Source: Nitrospiraceae bacterium (GTDB lineage: Bacteria > Nitrospirota > Nitrospiria > Nitrospirales > Nitrospiraceae). Taken from it: DNA of 64,000 nucleotides. The notes beneath the pieces were generated by a model that made no database searches, was not told the origin of the DNA, and worked only from the letters and a program-made list of their open reading frames with translations. Below are positions 61,635-64,000 of this stretch, piece by piece. The translations under genes and the position numbers were made by a program. Position 1 is the stretch's first letter; every line of letters begins with the position of its first letter. The stretch is from NCBI GenBank assembly GCA_050246315.1, contig JBFWWG010000010.1, forward strand, positions 32,001 through 96,000, read 5' to 3'.

Positions 61635-62414
61635 ATGACACCATCTCCACCCGCATCAACGCCCAGGTCATCGCGCCCAGTCGCTCCATCGCGCCGCGCG
61701 GAGGCGGCGTTGGTCCTCTTCGCCAAAGCGCCCATCCCCGGGCAGGTCAAAACGAGGCTCTGTCCGCCCCTCACCCCGGACGAGGCAGCGAGCTTGCACG
61801 GCAGTTTTGTCCTCGACAGTCTGGAGCGGAGCAAGGCGGCTACCCTCCAACAGAAACTCGCCCTCGATCGCATCCTGGCCTGTGCGCCCGCCGCAGACCA
61901 TGTGTTTTTCAAAATTCTCGGCGAGCGGCACGGCGTTCGATTGATCGATCAGATCGGGGACGATCTCGGAGCCAAGATGCACCAAGCCGCGTCAACCCTG
62001 TTCGGCGAAGGATATCGCCGCCTGTTGATTGTCGGTACGGACCTCCCGTCACTGCCGCTTTCGATCTACCGCGATGCCTTGGCGCAACTGGACCGCCATC
62101 CGGTCGTGATCGGCCCGGCCCTGGACGGAGGGTACTATCTGCTGGGCCTCACGCGGGCAGTACCTGAAATGTTCGATCAGATCCCTTGGTCTACCGGCGA
62201 GGTGCTGACGGCCACGATCGCCCGTGCCGACGCAGCCGGTCTCTCGGTAGGGCAGCTTCAACCCTGGCGAGACGTCGATACGATCGAGGATCTTCGATCC
62301 ATCATCCAAGAAGCCAAGCAAGATGAGCGACAGCCCAAACCGCAACGTCGGTTTTCGGCACGGACGGCCGGCACGTTGCAGTTGATCGACCAACGGCTGC
62401 AGACCCGCATTTAA
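61635..62414 (+). CDS. DUF2064/TIGR04282-like nucleotidyl/glycosyltransferase
   Basis: FAKAP.PGQVKTRL, Q.GDDLG, GTDLP, GPALDGGYYLLG, WST, DVDT.EDL. Confidence 0.88.
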   Translation: MTPSPPASTPRSSRPVAPSRRAEAALVLFAKAPIPGQVKTRLCPPLTPDEAASLHGSFVLDSLERSKAATLQQKLALDRILACAPAADHVFFKILGERHGVRLIDQIGDDLGAKMHQAASTLFGEGYRRLLIVGTDLPSLPLSIYRDALAQLDRHPVVIGPALDGGYYLLGLTRAVPEMFDQIPWSTGEVLTATIARADAAGLSVGQLQPWRDVDTIEDLRSIIQEAKQDERQPKPQRRFSARTAGTLQLIDQRLQTRI

Positions 62415-62428
62415 CGAATCCGCGAGGA

Positions 62429-63169
62429 ATGGTTATGCCTGCTAAAGTCGCAGCGATTCCGGGAGGAGCCAAGGGCATCGGGAAAGACATCGCACTGGAG
62501 CTGGCCTCACAGGGCTGGCAGGTGGCCATCTGCTATCGCACGAACGAGGGAGCGGCACAGCGCACGTGCGAGGAGATCGTCAAGTGCGGCGGGCAAGCCT
62601 TCGCGCTCCAAGCCGATGTGGCCCAGGTCGAAGCGGCGCGGAAGTTCGTGCAAGAGGTGGAGCGCCGGTGGGGACACATCGATGCATTGATTCACTGCGC
62701 CGGGCCTTACCACCGGATTAAATTGTTCGACGAAACACCGGAGGGGTGGGAAGAGATGTTCGCCGGCAACCTCCACTCCCTATTCTACATGGCGCAGGCA
62801 GCGGCCCCCGGCATGATCCAGCGCAAGACCGGGCGGATCGTCACCTTCGGCATGGCCAACGCCGATCAGATGGTGTCGCAGCCGGACGTGACGGCCCACT
62901 ATATCGCCAAAGCCGGCGTGCTGGTCCTCACCCGCACTCTTGCCAAGCTGCTGGCGCCGCATGGCATCACCGTCAACGCCATCTCGCCGGGCTTCATCGA
63001 CTCCGGCAGCGCCCCGCCGGAGGAATTGGCCGGCATGACCAAGCGGATTCCCGCCGGCTACATCGGCCAAGTCGGCGACATCACGAGCGCCGTGCGCTAC
63101 CTCCTCTCAGATGAAGCCCGCTACGTGAACGGGGCGAATATTCAGATCAGTGGGGCATGGGGAATATAG
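62429..63169 (+). CDS. Short-chain dehydrogenase/reductase (FabG/pteridine-reductase-like)
   Basis: GGAKGIG, VNAISPG, YVNG; divergent catalytic region HYIAK. Confidence 0.88.
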   Translation: MVMPAKVAAIPGGAKGIGKDIALELASQGWQVAICYRTNEGAAQRTCEEIVKCGGQAFALQADVAQVEAARKFVQEVERRWGHIDALIHCAGPYHRIKLFDETPEGWEEMFAGNLHSLFYMAQAAAPGMIQRKTGRIVTFGMANADQMVSQPDVTAHYIAKAGVLVLTRTLAKLLAPHGITVNAISPGFIDSGSAPPEELAGMTKRIPAGYIGQVGDITSAVRYLLSDEARYVNGANIQISGAWGI

Positions 63170-63330
63170 GAGGGAGAACGGTATCCCCTCGTGGTCCTGT
63201 GCTCCCGAAGCGCGCGCCCTCGGAAGGGCCTCGCTCGACGGCCGCAGTTGGACCACGAGGGAGGCCCGTTCTTTAAATTGATACCGTGGGGAAGCGGCCC
63301 ATGCGCGCAGTCGAGACAGCCCTACGCACC
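63170..63330. repeat. Structured dispersed intergenic repeat, copy B
   Basis: 12-bp stem 63186-63197/63250-63261; 63237-63255 and 63301-63311 match 48164-48182 and 48088-48098 in reverse. Confidence 0.7.
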
Positions 63331-63397
63331 CTGCCTGAGAAGACCTTTGAAAGAAGCAGCTTGACCGGCAGGCCCGAACAGAAGACCGGTACCCCTT

Positions 63398-63531
63398 GCA
63401 GGCTGCGGAAAAACTCGATTTGTGCGCTTCGACAGGTCTCAGCATGATCGGAAAACACCGGTATATCCAACGACTGCTCCGTTCGTCCTGAGGCTCTCGA
63501 AGGATGAACGGAGGAGTTTTCCGCACCCTGC
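63398..63531. repeat. Small MITE-like element enclosing a REP-like pair
   Basis: IR GCAGGCTGCGGAAAAACTC/GAGTTTTCCGCACCCTGC; internal CTTCGACAGGTCTCAG and CCGTTCGTCCTGAGGCTCTCGAAGGA. Confidence 0.65.
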
Positions 63532-63791
63532 TAGCGGTCCTGTGCTCCCGAATGTTTGCGCGAGACCGACAGAACGATCGCCCAATGGTCGGCCGTGGGG
63601 AGACGGCGGAGTGGCTCCGTCTGAGACTGCTCGGCAACATTCACGGCGCAGACGATCTCGCGGAAGCGCGCCGCGTGTCTTGAAGTCCCGCTTCTCTGAC
63701 GGGCGGCATCACGAACGAAGGGGTGTCGGCCGACTCCGGTCTCAGCAACGTCGTCGTGCAGGAGCGCGCATCATGCCTGCCGTAAACGCCC

Positions 63792-64000
63792 TCATGGATA
63801 GTATCTCCAATCCAGGATGATCCGCAGACCGACCGACCAGATTGGATGGAGATCCGGCTCGGGTGCGCCCGCGGGCAGGACGACACTCGCGGAATAGGGA
63901 ACAGTCACCCCGGTGAAAAGCTGCATCAGTAACGTCGCGCTCTGGTTGGTGGAGAACGACCGGAAGGGGCGATATTCCAGGACCGGCATATCGAAATACA
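63792..64000 (-). CDS. C-terminus of a hypothetical protein, possibly outer-membrane; truncated by window edge
   Basis: Open frame ending WSVGLRIILDWRYYP, a beta-strand-like end. Confidence 0.55.
   Translation of the reverse strand, partial: YFDMPVLEYRPFRSFSTNQSATLLMQLFTGVTVPYSASVVLPAGAPEPDLHPIWSVGLRIILDWRYYP

Noticed and set aside
1..64000. CRISPR array, prophage, rRNA
   Set aside because: No regularly spaced repeats, cas genes, phage genes or rRNA signatures seen.

Overview
Bacterial chromosomal window, roughly 60% GC by eye. Gene content and style point to Nitrospira/Nitrospirota; this is an inference, not a search result. Core genes include bioF, pilT/pilU, ttcA, msrA, hrpB, yacG, ndh, purA, an ABC-F ATPase, rarA, folE, queD, erpA, mdh and dcd, plus three tRNAs (Glu-TTC, Lys-TTT, Ala-GGC). 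The most striking structure is a decayed IS110 element (2200-3362). Its left end contains a readable bridge-RNA fold whose target guides match its own insertion site, and joining its ends gives a TTGACA-17-TATCAT promoter. It is nested in one copy of an IS1380-like MITE family; another copy (20649-20857) still carries the empty target. A 511-bp ISL3-derived MITE with an 8-bp TSD interrupts a dead PAS-GGDEF gene. Unexplained gene systems: (i) an ATP-grasp ligase/glutaredoxin/KamA radical SAM/Dcd/TIGR04283-TIGR04282-like/SDR operon facing a YkgJ-DUF2156 fusion; (ii) a CbbQ/NorQ ATPase plus a giant VWA protein with no visible client; (iii) a stand-alone NuoF-ferredoxin-ErpA unit. Family assignments come from motif recognition only; no database searches were run.
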